A stretch of 63,546 bases of DNA, counting the filler, from Squatina squatina (lineage: Eukaryota): NCBI GenBank assembly GCA_031763465.1. It is 4 parts of 4 records of this genome, joined end to end, with 100 filler letters (N's around TTAATTAATTAA, not from the genome) between each part and the next. Parts side by side here need not be neighbours in the genome. Positions count along the whole stretch, not along the records: positions 1 to 14,325 come from JARFOE010000058.1; 3 more parts are not named here. One strand, 5' to 3'. The notes below the pieces were generated by a model, which saw nothing but the letters and a program-made list of their open reading frames with translations, was not told the DNA's origin and searched no databases. Positions within the stretch are counted from its first letter, which is position 1; each line of letters begins with the position of its first letter. Shown in pieces: positions 1 to 11,460 of this stretch. The position numbers and the translations under genes are program-made.

Positions 1-279
1 CGTTAGTGCCCCTCGGAGGTGCTAATTCGGCGCAACAGGAGATTAATTTCGGCCCCACCAAGTTGGAAACTTAATCAATCCCCTCTGCAATCAGTTAGCT
101 TGTAGCACGTTCTGGGTGCACACTAAGGCTCTTCAAAAGGAACTTATGCCAGGCTCAGCTAACACGAGTCCCGTTGAGATCTTATAACAGCATAATGGGA
201 GGTATTCCTCAGGCCCTCTTTTACTGAAGACTCACACTAAGCTACGGTTTGACAGGCATTGGTTATCCTATGGCCTCAC

Positions 280-560
280 ACAAGTGCCATTCTTCCTGTG
301 TGAACAAAAACTGTGAATGGCAAAAGGCAATTGGTTTGGTTTGGAAGCATCCCAGCCAAGCCATGTCCTGCCCTCACCCAACAACCACACACTCGCACTT
401 TCCAACAGCACTCATCAGGTAATACTCAAAAGCTTGATGATTTCACCCCCCCCTAACTCAGGAACACAGAGACCAAATATAACATAGCTACATAACCCCA
501 GCACAGATCAACTAAGTCAACTAACTTCACACAGGCCAAAGATAAAATTTTAGCCTCATC
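280..560 (-). mobile_element. old tRNA-type SINE copy (family shared with 6340-6680 and 26560-26830)
   Basis: Shares degenerate blocks (gagaccaa.t.ta, tcagctaac, ctgccctcaccc, gcactt) with two other copies in the window. Family name not assigned. Confidence 0.5.
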
Positions 561-634
561 GCATCAAATATAGAAGTCTTTTCATCTTCCAAGGAATCTA
601 CTTTAGAGATGCAGTAGAAAGGCTGATACTTTAC

Positions 635-809
635 TCTTATCTCCTGCTCCTGGAAAGATTGAGCGAAGTCTGGCTTTCTTGTTCTTCTCCTCAGGAACCA
701 GTGGAAGAGGCTTGGAGCCGTGGTTGAGGGAAGATGAATCGCGATTATTACTGTTCATTCTCAAGGGAGGAGCTGGTGGTTTCTCTTCAGCTTCAACACT
801 ATCTGACAT
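635..809 (-). CDS. PAK3: p21-activated kinase 3, first coding exon (175 coding nt; exon begins at about 831)
   Basis: Translates [58 protein letters not shown], near-identical to the recalled human PAK3 N-terminus (PPAPPLR Nck-binding motif). Acceptor ttcctttccag precedes 831 and donor GT lies at 634-633, giving 175 coding nt, phase 1. The ORF-track extension to 603 is intron read-through. Confidence 0.95.
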
Positions 810-892
810 CTTCAGCAGTCGTCACATGTATCTGGAAAGGAACATTCACATTATTATTTAACAGGGCATTACTTGCTGAAGCTTATTTACAT

Positions 893-935
893 GAAACAAT
901 GTTCAATGAGGAAACAATGTTCAATGAGGAAACAA
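893..935. repeat. 18-bp tandem duplication (gaaacaatgttcaatgag x2.4)
   Basis: Exact copies at 893-910 and 911-928, partial copy at 929-935. Confidence 0.9.
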
Positions 936-3411
936 CAAGATCAAGCATGACAAGGTTTGAGGAAAAAAAATCAGCAATTTCCTCTTAGGGACATTGATCA
1001 GCCAATATGGCAATCTCTCTTTCGCGCNNNNNNNNNNCCTTCTTCCAAACGCAACTTAAAGTTCTTTCACATCAAAGGCAACATTGCAAAAAAATGAGTC
1101 ACCTTCGAGGCATTCACCATATGCCTATTACAAAATACCAACCCAGATTTACAACCCAGAGATAGGCTGATCAGAGTGTGTTTGGAGGGCAGGGGGGAGA
1201 GGATAGGGGGAGAGGGTGTGAGCATGAAAGAAAATCAATTTGAAATATAGCTGCATTGACAATATAATATAATGTTTCCTCCTTCCCATCCCCCCCACCC
1301 CAACCCCCACCCCCAAATACACCATTAATTTTGCTAATTTAAAGTGAATGCACCAACACTGGACCACATTGCTCTGCATGATTCTGCAGGGAAACCATCT
1401 GTGTGTTACGAGCAGGATAATTTGTGACATCCATGTATGCTCCTGTACTTGCTAACGTGCAAATGATCATCAAGAATCCCAATTTACACCACTCCATTTC
1501 AAACACATTTATTTTTACTTATCATCACCGTACAATAAAATTGGTTACATATTCCTGCACTTTAGTGCTTTCTCAGATCCAAATGCAGCAGGAAGTTACA
1601 TAGGATTACACNNNNNNNNNNNNNNNNNNNNNNNNNNNNNNNNNNNNNNNNNNNNNNNNNNNNNNNNNNNNNNNNNNNNNNNNNNNNNNNNNNNNNNNNN
1701 NNNNNNNNNNNGCTAATGCAGAAATCTGGAATATAAACAGGATGGGTTTCTACAGCTCGCGGACTGCCAGAAGATTTTTGCAGAACAACTTTCATAAGCA
1801 GTTCCGAAATAGTAGTGCTCCGTGGAAAACTTTGGGTGCCCATGAAAGGTAGCACTGTGCTTGGCAGAGCCTTCAGTGTATAATAAGGCAGCAGCACTGC
1901 ACATATAATGAGAACCCCAGCGTTAAAACCCTACCGTAAAGCATTCCAGATACTAACTGACCTTTCGTTTTGCCGTCAGCTCAGAATGAGAACAGTAGGC
2001 CCCGTCAAAAAAGGCTGCTGGAACAGGAATGCTGGGGTCTTCTTGTGGCAGCAGCTTTAGGCAGGAGAGAGTTAATCATCAGAAAGTCGATGAAAGCAGC
2101 AGTAAATTGTAAGCAGCATTGTTCACAAGTCACTGCTTTTCAGCCAGAATGACGTTATTTTAAAACAACATAGAAAATAACCAGTCAACTAATACTTTGG
2201 AATTTGAGAGCTTGGTCGGGCTCATGCACCACACATCTACTTTGAATAGATTCTTTGTTTATTCAAATGTGAAAGAGGAGTAGGCCATATGTCAGAGGTA
2301 GTACATAAAGCCCAGAGTATTCCTTTACAAACTAACAGTAGCATCCAATTTCACACTCCTCCTTATCAAACGCTGGATTATTGCTCAGACCAAAGGAAGG
2401 AGAAATAAACACAAAAAGAAATACAAGCACCAATGTTAAAATGGAGCTTGCAAACAACTGTATAATTTGTGAATGAACAGTCAAAGCACAGTTAAATGGA
2501 GTCCAAATTNNNNNNNNNNNNNNNNNNNNNNNNNNNNNNNNNNNNNNNNNNNNNNNNNNNNNNNNNNNNNNNNNNNNNNNNNNNNNNNNNNNNNNNNNNN
2601 NNNNNNNNNAAAAGCTTAATCAGAAGAAAAAGAAAGAAAAATCTGACTGATTACAGCATTCGTTAATGCTGTCGTCCATTCATTCATTAAATTAACTGTC
2701 AGCAAACATACTGTGATGACCACTGCATAACCGCTAACACATTTATAGCATGAAACACACCCAACACAATGTCTCTGGCATACACACACAGAAACCATGG
2801 TGGTGTGTTGGGTGCAGAGAAAGGTGCAGGATTTCAAAAGCATGAATTTTTAAAATCTTATTTCTATAGTTATAATGGGATGCTAACTCACTCGCAGACC
2901 TGACTGAGAAGGATAGAGAATAAAAGATAAACATCCAACTGACTGCACCCAAAAGCCGAATGAAAAAAAAAACTAGTTTTTCTACATGTCACTCTAATTA
3001 TTAATGCTGTTTGGGGATGGGCAGACTGTGAGGCAAATATGGGCCTCGGTATAACCACTTCCATAAGAATCTCTGCCAAGTGAAATAAAAATAAAGACAC
3101 ACAAATGCATGCATACACATACAATGCAAGTATTACCTGTAAATGGTGGGCATGTCAGTCTTGCCATTTTAAATCTTTTCCACCTCCACTGCATAACANN
3201 NNNNNNNNNNNNNNNNNNNNNNNNNNNNNNNNNNNNNNNNNNNNNNNNNNNNNNNNNNNNNNNNNNNNNNNNNNNNNNNNNNNNNNNNNNNNNNNNNNTG
3301 TGTCCGTTTAAAGTAGTTGAGATAAGCAGGTGAGTGAACTATAAAAACTTGACCTTTTGTGCTGGAGCAGGACTTACATTCTGTCCTCAGAGGGAGTCCT
3401 CCAACATCACT

Positions 3412-3690
3412 ATCATCTATAGTGCCTTTCATGACCTCAGGATGTACCAATGCACTTTCCGGCCAACTTTTGAAGTTCACTGATTTGTAATGTAAGAAAC
3501 ACGGCAGCAATTTGCGCGCAGAAAGCTCCCACACACAGCAGTGGGATAAATGACCAGATTACCTATTTCACTGAGGGATAAATATTGGCCAGGACACTGG
3601 GAAGAAGTCCCCTGCTCTTCTTCAGAACAGTGCCATGGGATCTTTTATGCCCTTCTGAGATGGCACCCACCACCCCCTCAGTAAATTTGG
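3412..3690 (-). mobile_element. Deu-domain SINE (SacSINE1/AmnSINE1-like), partial
   Basis: Reverse complement contains the Deu-domain core aaaagatcccatggcactgttctgaagaagagcagggga...cctggccaatatttatccctca and matches the copy at 17770-18210. Confidence 0.8.
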
Positions 3691-5499
3691 CAGGTTGCCA
3701 TTTTGGCTGTGTCGAGACACAAAATTCAGAGCGGAACTTGCTCGTATCAAGATTTCTGTTAAACAAACTGTAAACCTGCATGACTAGGATGAAGCATTTT
3801 AACCTTTTCAATGACTGCATTACCACTTTCTACACCAGAGTGAGAAAAACGGCTATTTTTTCCCAAGTGAGCTAAGAAATGTTCTTTTGTTTCGGTACAT
3901 TTCCTTAAGTGTTCTGTTACTATTAGAACCCCCAAAACAAAAAAACTGCCCACATGCACAGACTTATGGATTTTTAGAGCTAAAAAATGGCCTTTTGCCA
4001 CTCGAGGCTTAAAAGAGAAATACTTGGTCGTGCTAGTGTCTCTTTGTTTTAGTGGTTCTGCTGAATATAACAGCCATCTCTGAAAGCCTGTTAGTGGTTG
4101 TGAGGNNNNNNNNNNGTGAGGCTGTGAGCCAGAGCTAGGGAGCAGGTGCAGGTTCTAGGCCTCAGCAGCTGGGCCGAGAGTGTGCAGAGAGCAAGTGATT
4201 GGTGCAGGCATGTTTTATGTATTGGGGTCTGTTCACCATTGTTTTGTCATTTTAAGATTCTGCACTGGAAACGGCAGCTTGGTCGATGCCAGGTGGTGGG
4301 CCTGACTCATAGTGGGGGGATAAGGAGGGAGGAGTTTCGTTTTCTATTTTCTCATTTGTGTCTTACCAAAAAAAACTCAAGCTGTTTTTAAAAAACCCTT
4401 TGCATAGTTAGTGAAGTTCTTTTATATGTCGAGTTCTTGACTGCACCGTCTGGAATTTTAGAAAATATAACAGGACATCAGAATTAAAAAATAAATACAA
4501 GTCTTTTTTCCACTTCTACAATTTGTCATGCTGGGACATTAATTATTAAGTTTTTTTTAAAACCAAATTTTCATAATCGGGAAAAGGAAAAAGCAGATCT
4601 CAAATCATGATAAGGTAACATCCTTGTGTGATTAGTGACAAGTGGTAATCTGTTCTGGTGGCAAATAAATGGTATTCCTGTATAACCCGACTGCTTAAAG
4701 TGTAATTCTTCCTGGATGGGCCATGAGCAAAGTAAGTAATTAAAGGGAAGTTCCCCCATCATTAGTTTGGTGTAATAATGATTTATGGTAATGACCCTAG
4801 ATTAGGGCAAGGTAAGCACACAATTACTGACTGGGTATCTATTGCAGCAGTTCAGCTGCTGGCTATTTCTTCAGTAGTTGCGTCTTCCAAAGTTATTTTT
4901 ATGCAGTATCTAGTTGCTTCTATTTGAACACGTTGGTGCCCCAGTGGCCTCTATCATAGAACAGGGAAGCAAATTATTTACCTGCCTCTCATTTCAGCAC
5001 TACTTTTGGGNNNNNNNNNNNNNNNNNNNNNNNNNNNNNNNNNNNNNNNNNNNNNNNNNNNNNNNNNNNNNNNNNNNNNNNNNNNNNNNNNNNNNNNNNN
5101 NNNNNNNNNNGACACAGAGAGTCTTTAGAACCTATCACTTTTTAATCCAGGTCAATTTGTTGGTATGGTTAAGATCTGACATTTGTAAGTGGACTAGCAA
5201 GAAGTCCTGGACCCTTAAACTATAAGAAAGGGAGATACAAACTCATTGCATTGCAGAAAGAAAATGCAGCTATAATTGCTTAGTGCAGCAAAGTCTCATG
5301 TGAAATCATCAAATTTTTTAAACAGAAAAATACAATTCATCTTTTTTGAAAGTTGACCAAAAAAATTCTGAAAATATTACAACCATGCCCACAGAGATTC
5401 AGAGAATACGCCGTGAGAGCTGGGCTTTCACGTTTGTACATTATTATTCCCCACCACACAATAGCAGGTGTAATCCAAATAACTGGACTGACATGACAA

Positions 5500-6130
5500 G
5501 CTGGGAGAGGAGATCCCCGCTCTGGAACAAACCGTTAGTGCTACTGCAAGGTTTCCCAGCGTACCGGCGCAGTCAGTTCCCTTTGCAGTCAGCCAGAGAG
5601 CTCATTTAAAGGAGAAGTCTTCAGACACCAAACACCCCCCGCTGCTGCTGAGCGCCTCTGCAAATACGATTGCAAAAAAAAAATGAACAAGAGCTGCAGA
5701 TTAACAGCAACCAGGGAGCCCCAGCCTCCTCCTGAAAGCAGAGCAGAATGACAGCCTGTGCGCCAGCCCACAGCTCTGTGCAAGCGCAGGGTTTGCCTCG
5801 ATGCGCCGCTGGTGTCTGTCTGTGTGTATGTGTTGCGCTGGTGAAGTGCTTCCCCACCACCACTGCAGCATTTCTTTTAAAGAGGGTAGGGGATTTATTT
5901 AAATGAAATACCTCAGGATCCCCTTCTCCGATCTACCGGCTAGCTCTCCCTCTTCATCCCTGCTGTCCTCTCAATCGCTTTCACAGTCTCTCTCTCATTG
6001 TTCCTCCTGGATGGCGGACAGAGCGGAAGTAAAACCTCCAAATATGTGTCAGCCCTATCAAAATTACTCACAGCAGACTCTTCCCGACCGAGCACAAGCC
6101 GCACAACCTATGCCCGTTTGCAGTTGACAA
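5500..6130 (-). promoter_or_regulatory. CpG-enriched putative PAK3 promoter and non-coding first exon
   Basis: Local CpG enrichment, YY1-like gatggcgg and ETS-like gcggaagt near 6010-6030, and a minus-strand donor CCTGAG|GTATTT at 5912/5911 facing the PAK3 coding exon. Confidence 0.4.
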
Positions 6131-6339
6131 AATAAACCGATTCACACTCTATTCGGATTTCTTTCCTATATTCATTACAATTCCCATGTATACATAATTG
6201 CTTTGATTATGAACGTAAGAGAAAAGCTTTCCAATTTATGTGTCATGATTGCAACATATGAACCTAGGACTGGGGCTGTATTTTTTTTATTTTCTTCCCC
6301 CCCGCTTTTCCTCTCCTGACTCATTGTAACTTATCAACT

Positions 6340-6680
6340 TCCTGGACAGCATTAGCCACCCTCCTGCCCCTCTCTCAAGAGGCCACTCTTCATGTGTGAT
6401 TTAACATGAGACTTTGCTGCACTGAATGCCACCAGACTATTTAACCGTGGAAGGGTATCACAGCCCAGCCCGATCTTTCCTTCCGCGATACTTGCACATG
6501 TGCACTTGCAACAGGAATGACAATCCAGAGTGGAACGATGACCACTACTCCCTTTCCTAACTCAGCTGCGCTGAGACCAAATGTAGCGTCTGTACCAGCA
6601 GCTCCGCTAAAATCAGCTAACCCAGCAGAGACTGGGGTCCAAACCTGTGAACATCCTAATCTGCATGGCTCAGTTGCTCA
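6340..6680 (-). mobile_element. old tRNA-type SINE copy
   Basis: Minus-strand B-box-like caggtttggacccc followed by gttagctgattttagc; similar to 280-560 and 26560-26830. Confidence 0.55.
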
Positions 6681-7718
6681 TTTAAAGTGTATTGTTGAAA
6701 AAAAAATTCAGACAGCATTACTTTGCGACTATCCCACGCTTTAACTGATTTTGGTGTTCTAGCTGGTGACATCTCAAAAATTAGGCCATTCCCCGCCCCT
6801 GACATCTATTACCTTGAAGGGCACAAGAAATATAAATAAGTATAGCTAAAAATATGGCATATGTTAGACGACTAATTTAAAGCTTCTAAATTGGACAAAG
6901 AATTCACGGGAAAACAGAATATGGTTCAACATTTACAATGTAAGTTGCATGTATATAATCATATGATCCCTGTTGAGCTGCATAACCTTTATTATTTAGC
7001 ACAAAATATTGAGAATAGAGGTGTAGAAGTCTACTGATAGGATATACTAGATGCTGAAAGTAAACTATCAGACATAAACCCAAATGGTTTAGATAGCCAC
7101 TGAACATTTTTGCACACATTCCAAATGAACTCTTGTGAAACCGCTTTGCAGTGGTCCTACAGCAGTAGTGTAAATGCAGCCTTNNNNNNNNNNNNNNNNN
7201 NNNNNNNNNNNNNNNNNNNNNNNNNNNNNNNNNNNNNNNNNNNNNNNNNNNNNNNNNNNNNNNNNNNNNNNNNNNNNNNNNNNACAGTCAATGTTTTGTA
7301 ATAAACTTTTAAGATTGTTAACGCAGTAATTACCAAGTTTACCCACAAGAGGACCTGGTCCACAGTGCTTTACTTTGCTCTCCACATCAGTACACATGAA
7401 GCATGTACACCTGTCAAACCATTTTCCAGTCTGCTCTCTGATATTTAACTTATGGATCCTGTAATCTCCTAAAAATGCATCTTCTGTGCCCATCGACTTT
7501 CCAGAAATTTGTTCCAAATGAACTACATTCTTACAAAACTAATTGGGATATCCAGTAACTGTATCATCAAAACTAATCTGGTAGCTGAATTCTTCAAGGC
7601 AAAAATTTCCTGCTTCAAAGATTACATCCAAAAGCTACATCAAGCAAAACAAAAGCAGACTGTAAGACTGAGGGGTAAAGTATGTGCAATGTGATGCGAA
7701 GCAGAGTCAGAGAGAAGA

Positions 7719-8020
7719 TCATAAGAACATAAGAAATAGGAACAGGAGTAGGCCATTTGGTCCCTCGATTCGGTCCCGCCATTCAACAAGATCATGGCTG
7801 ATCTTCTATCTCAACTCCACTTTCCTGCACTATCCCCATATCCCTTGATTCCTTTAATATCTAGAAATCTATCATACAGTCATAGCGTCATAGAGTCATT
7901 ATGGCACAGAAGGAGACCATTCGGCCCATCGAGTCCAGCCCGGCTCTCTATAGAGCAATCTAGTCAGTTCCTCCGCTCTATCCCCGTAGCCCTGCAAGTT
8001 GATTTCCCTCAAGTGTCTAT
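7719..8020 (-). mobile_element. two adjacent or nested CR1-type LINE 3' ends
   Basis: cataagaacataagaaataggaacaggagtaggccatt is the reverse complement of the ttcttatg-repeat CR1 tail also seen at 59260-59280. A second tail with (tcatag) repeats starts at about 7871. Confidence 0.85.
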
Positions 8021-8589
8021 NNNNNNNNNNNNNNNNNNNNNNNNNNNNNNNNNNNNNNNNNNNNNNNNNNNNNNNNNNNNNNNNNNNNNNNNNNNNNNNN
8101 NNNNNNNNNNNNNNNNNNNNCTGAAACCAGTGCCTGCTCGGGCTTTGTGTCATCCTCAGTGCTAATGCGAGCCTACCCGCTCCCAACCGTCTGTCCGCTC
8201 TGCTGCCCCAATCCCCACGCAAGACTCTCTCTCTCTCTCTCTCAATCTTACCCCGAACCATCCTGCAACGTTATCCTGCAACGCTCCCGTTCCCACTCCG
8301 AAACAGACAGAAAGCGACCAGCCCCGACCTTAACCCAGAAACAAGACAATCCTTCTCAGTGGCCCGCCACACAATTACCGTTTCTACTCGGCATAACCAA
8401 ACCTCGACACAAGGCTGTCGGCTCTAACCTTAAGCCAAGGTGCAAGCTTTTGAAAATCCCGGTTTTGGGAATCTTCATTGACGCTAAGGTTAATGCCACG
8501 CTTCGCCCTGTCCCAACTCACCAACAAATATAACGCCGCCGTTTCCGCTCCTCGGAGCCCAATCTCAAAGAACGGGCGAGGTGTCTAAC

Positions 8590-8920
8590 TTAAAGTCAGG
8601 CTGCAGTTTCTGTCGAGCCTAACTCTAAATAATTCTAGTTTCTGCTTAAATTGACCCTAAACCTGAATAAGGCCGCAGTTTAAGGTAACATTAACCCTAA
8701 ACCTAAACGATGCTGTAATTTCAGCTGGCCCTGGCCATGATTCACTTTCTGCTAACTCCGAGCCTAATCCCAATGTCGCAGTTTCTGAGGAACATCCATC
8801 TGAACCTTAAATAGGACTTCACCTTCTGCTCACTCCGCCTCAAACTTCAATAATAACTGCAGTTTCTGCCGACGTATCCCCTAAACGCAGGTTTTACTAA
8901 CTCTATCCCTAAAGCAAATT
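8590..8920. repeat. degenerate minisatellite (gcagtttctg...accctaaa units) next to a CpG-rich stretch upstream of CHRDL1
   Basis: gcagtttctg/agtttctg and ccctaaa/taaccc motifs recur roughly every 35-45 bp. Confidence 0.45.
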
Positions 8921-9755
8921 CGGCTGGGGCCATTGTAGAATGTTCGACATTTCACGTCCAAAATGCTAGAGTTTGAACCATTGACTTGATTGAAGTAATT
9001 ACCGTTTTTTTTAACGGCAATTCAAACAGAACATAAAAGTGAAAGGGATGTACAGTGCACGGGATTTGACCTCTATAGTATACTAGTTTTAGTTCCATTG
9101 CTATTCAAGGACAGATGCTTTGTCTGTATCTGGTTAGTGAATTTGCCGGCCTTATAGGACTTGTGTCAGACAGAATGTCGGTGTTCAGTCCATGTCTAAA
9201 TGAATTGACGCTCCGACTAGCATGTAAAAATAAACTGCAGTAATAATTCACTGATTGCTTGAGCCGAGACCAGAAAGTGGGCCAAGCAGTGGATTTACTA
9301 GGGCAAGTCAATTGAGTTCATGCAAGCCTGTGTGTGGGTGCACCCGTGTGTGTGCATCCGTGTGTGTGTGTGTGTGCATGATTATGTTGTGAGCGAGTCT
9401 CTGACTACATGCGCGCATCTCATTTTGTTTGAAGGATTATTCAAAACTGAAGATATGTAAACGTTATTTTAACAGTGCAATGCCTCGGGAAACCAACCTG
9501 GATGTTGTGATTTCGTGCCGCTGTCTATTGCTTCTTCATATCTCACTGGTTATGGGCTTCAACATTTTACACTTAAGTGCATGATACTGTATGGTCAGAT
9601 ACATTAGAGACGAGTCTGAAAATATCTCAGGTCGGTTCCTGCGCCTCTTGTTATTCGGATCAGTGTCAGTGAAATGAAACTATCAGCAGGCGGGTTTAGC
9701 TCGGTCACTGTTAACATGAAGTAGGGCTTTGACTTATGTTTTTTTTTCTAAGCAG

Positions 9756-9868
9756 AGTCAGACACATTTTGCGTGTTCGAGGATAAGAAGTACCGGATGG
9801 GAGAGAGATGGCACCCTTACCTGGAGCCCTATGGATTCGTCTATTGTATAAACTGCCTTTGCTCGGAG
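9756..9868 (+). CDS. CHRDL1: chordin-like 1, internal exon (start of first VWFC/CR domain)
   Basis: [37 protein letters not shown] versus recalled human [37 protein letters not shown]. Polypyrimidine tract plus aagcag acceptor, donor GT at 9869, 113 nt. Divergent from PAK3 as in human. Confidence 0.93.
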
Positions 9869-10621
9869 GTATATTGGCATCCTCCTTTTCTTCTATAACC
9901 TGCAGGGAAGCTGGGTGTAAAATGTAGCAAATTTAAAAAAAAGATTTTGATTGTGTTGAAACCAACAGGTAATGTACCATGCAGAGTGCTCAGACACTAC
10001 ACTATGGACAGCCAAACTCACACAGATTGAAGCGCTGTCATATGAGCAAACCCAGCCGTATGAATTTTACAAGCTTGGAGATAGTTTAACCTTAGCCTCC
10101 TAATAGCGGCCCAGTGCTCTGTTACAAGAGGGTTTCCCCTTACTGTAAGGCTGTGTTTATTAGTAAAATGAATGATGTGGTACAACTTAAGATAATCTTT
10201 GTAAATATCACTTTTAAAATGTTGTTTTTGGAGCGCCGGTATCTAACCCTTTCATCACCCCTTGATTATGATCGCAGTTGGCTCAGTAGGAATTAGTCAA
10301 ACCAAGTAGCCAGACCACCAGAAAATGTATCCCCGACATGCGGTGAGTTGTGTTGTGTAGAGGGGTGGAGGGGCGCGTCCTTACACTGGACAGCAGCCTG
10401 TAACTTCATTCGCCGCCGCCCATCAGGAGTGCGCCGCACAACCGCGACAACAAACTTGAAAAGCTGATCGTAACAGCAAAGCGAATGAGTCAGAGATAAA
10501 AACAGATTAAAACACAAGAGGCGCGTTGAAAAAAAAATGTTGTATTACTTATCTCTTTTATTAAACTTTAATGTTACAATCGTTTTAAAAATATTTTTCG
10601 ATGTATTTGTGTAGTTTTGTA

Positions 10622-10773
10622 TCTGTCATTCCAGAACCAGGGGTCACAGTTTGACGATAAGGGGGAAGCCATTTAGACCGAGATGAGGAAAAAACCTTTT
10701 CACCCAGAGAGTGGTGAACCTGTGAAATTCTCTACCACAGGAAGCTGTTGAGGCCAGTTCATTAGCTATATTC
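10622..10773 (+). mobile_element. CR1-type LINE ORF2 3' fragment
   Basis: Encodes an SRTRGH...FTQRVVNL-NSLPQEAVEA motif typical of the CR1 ORF2 C-terminus, with an in-frame stop. Confidence 0.85.
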
Positions 10774-11354
10774 NNNNNNNNNNNNNNNNNNNNNNNNNNN
10801 NNNNNNNNNNNNNNNNNNNNNNNNNNNNNNNNNNNNNNNNNNNNNNNNNNNNNNNNNNNNNNNNNNNNNNNNNCAGTTACAGTATTGGCCAGCTGGGTCC
10901 TCTCAATGAGCCAGATTGGCTGCAGAGTCTGGGGTACTGTGGAACTCAGCCCATCTGAACTGTGTTGGTTCAAATTTAAAATTCTCATCGTTGTGTTTAC
11001 TCTCAATTTAGACTATGATAATAATTGTCTATGAAACTGAGGAGGAAGGGGGTTGCAGTAATTATAATCCCTGATAGATGTTTAGCATTCAGATCCCCAA
11101 AGTAAGGGATAATATTTACATACTTGAATAACTAAATGTTAAGTCATAGTGTGGATATTTTACTATAATTGCTAATGGAACCGGAAATGCAAACAGTGGT
11201 TATACAATTATGCAGACCTCTATGTTTATCATAGTTCAAGCAAAACAATATTTAGCTCGTAAATTATAAAGCACCATATAAAACTGGTAGACAAAAATGT
11301 TCAAGCAACGAGTTGCTATTCAAATGATTGAGCTGCTCTTTCTTGTGTCCTCAG

Positions 11355-11460
11355 TTTGTGTCTCGAATGGGAAGACCTACTCACATGGAGAGTCATGGCA
11401 TCCAATCTTGCGCCCCTTTGGACTAATGGAGTGTGTGCTGTGTACGTGTAACATAACCAA
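11355..11460 (+). CDS. CHRDL1: chordin-like 1, third VWFC/CR domain exon (3' end lost in gap)
   Basis: [34 protein letters not shown] versus recalled human [34 protein letters not shown]. Acceptor tcttgtgtcctcag. Confidence 0.93.
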
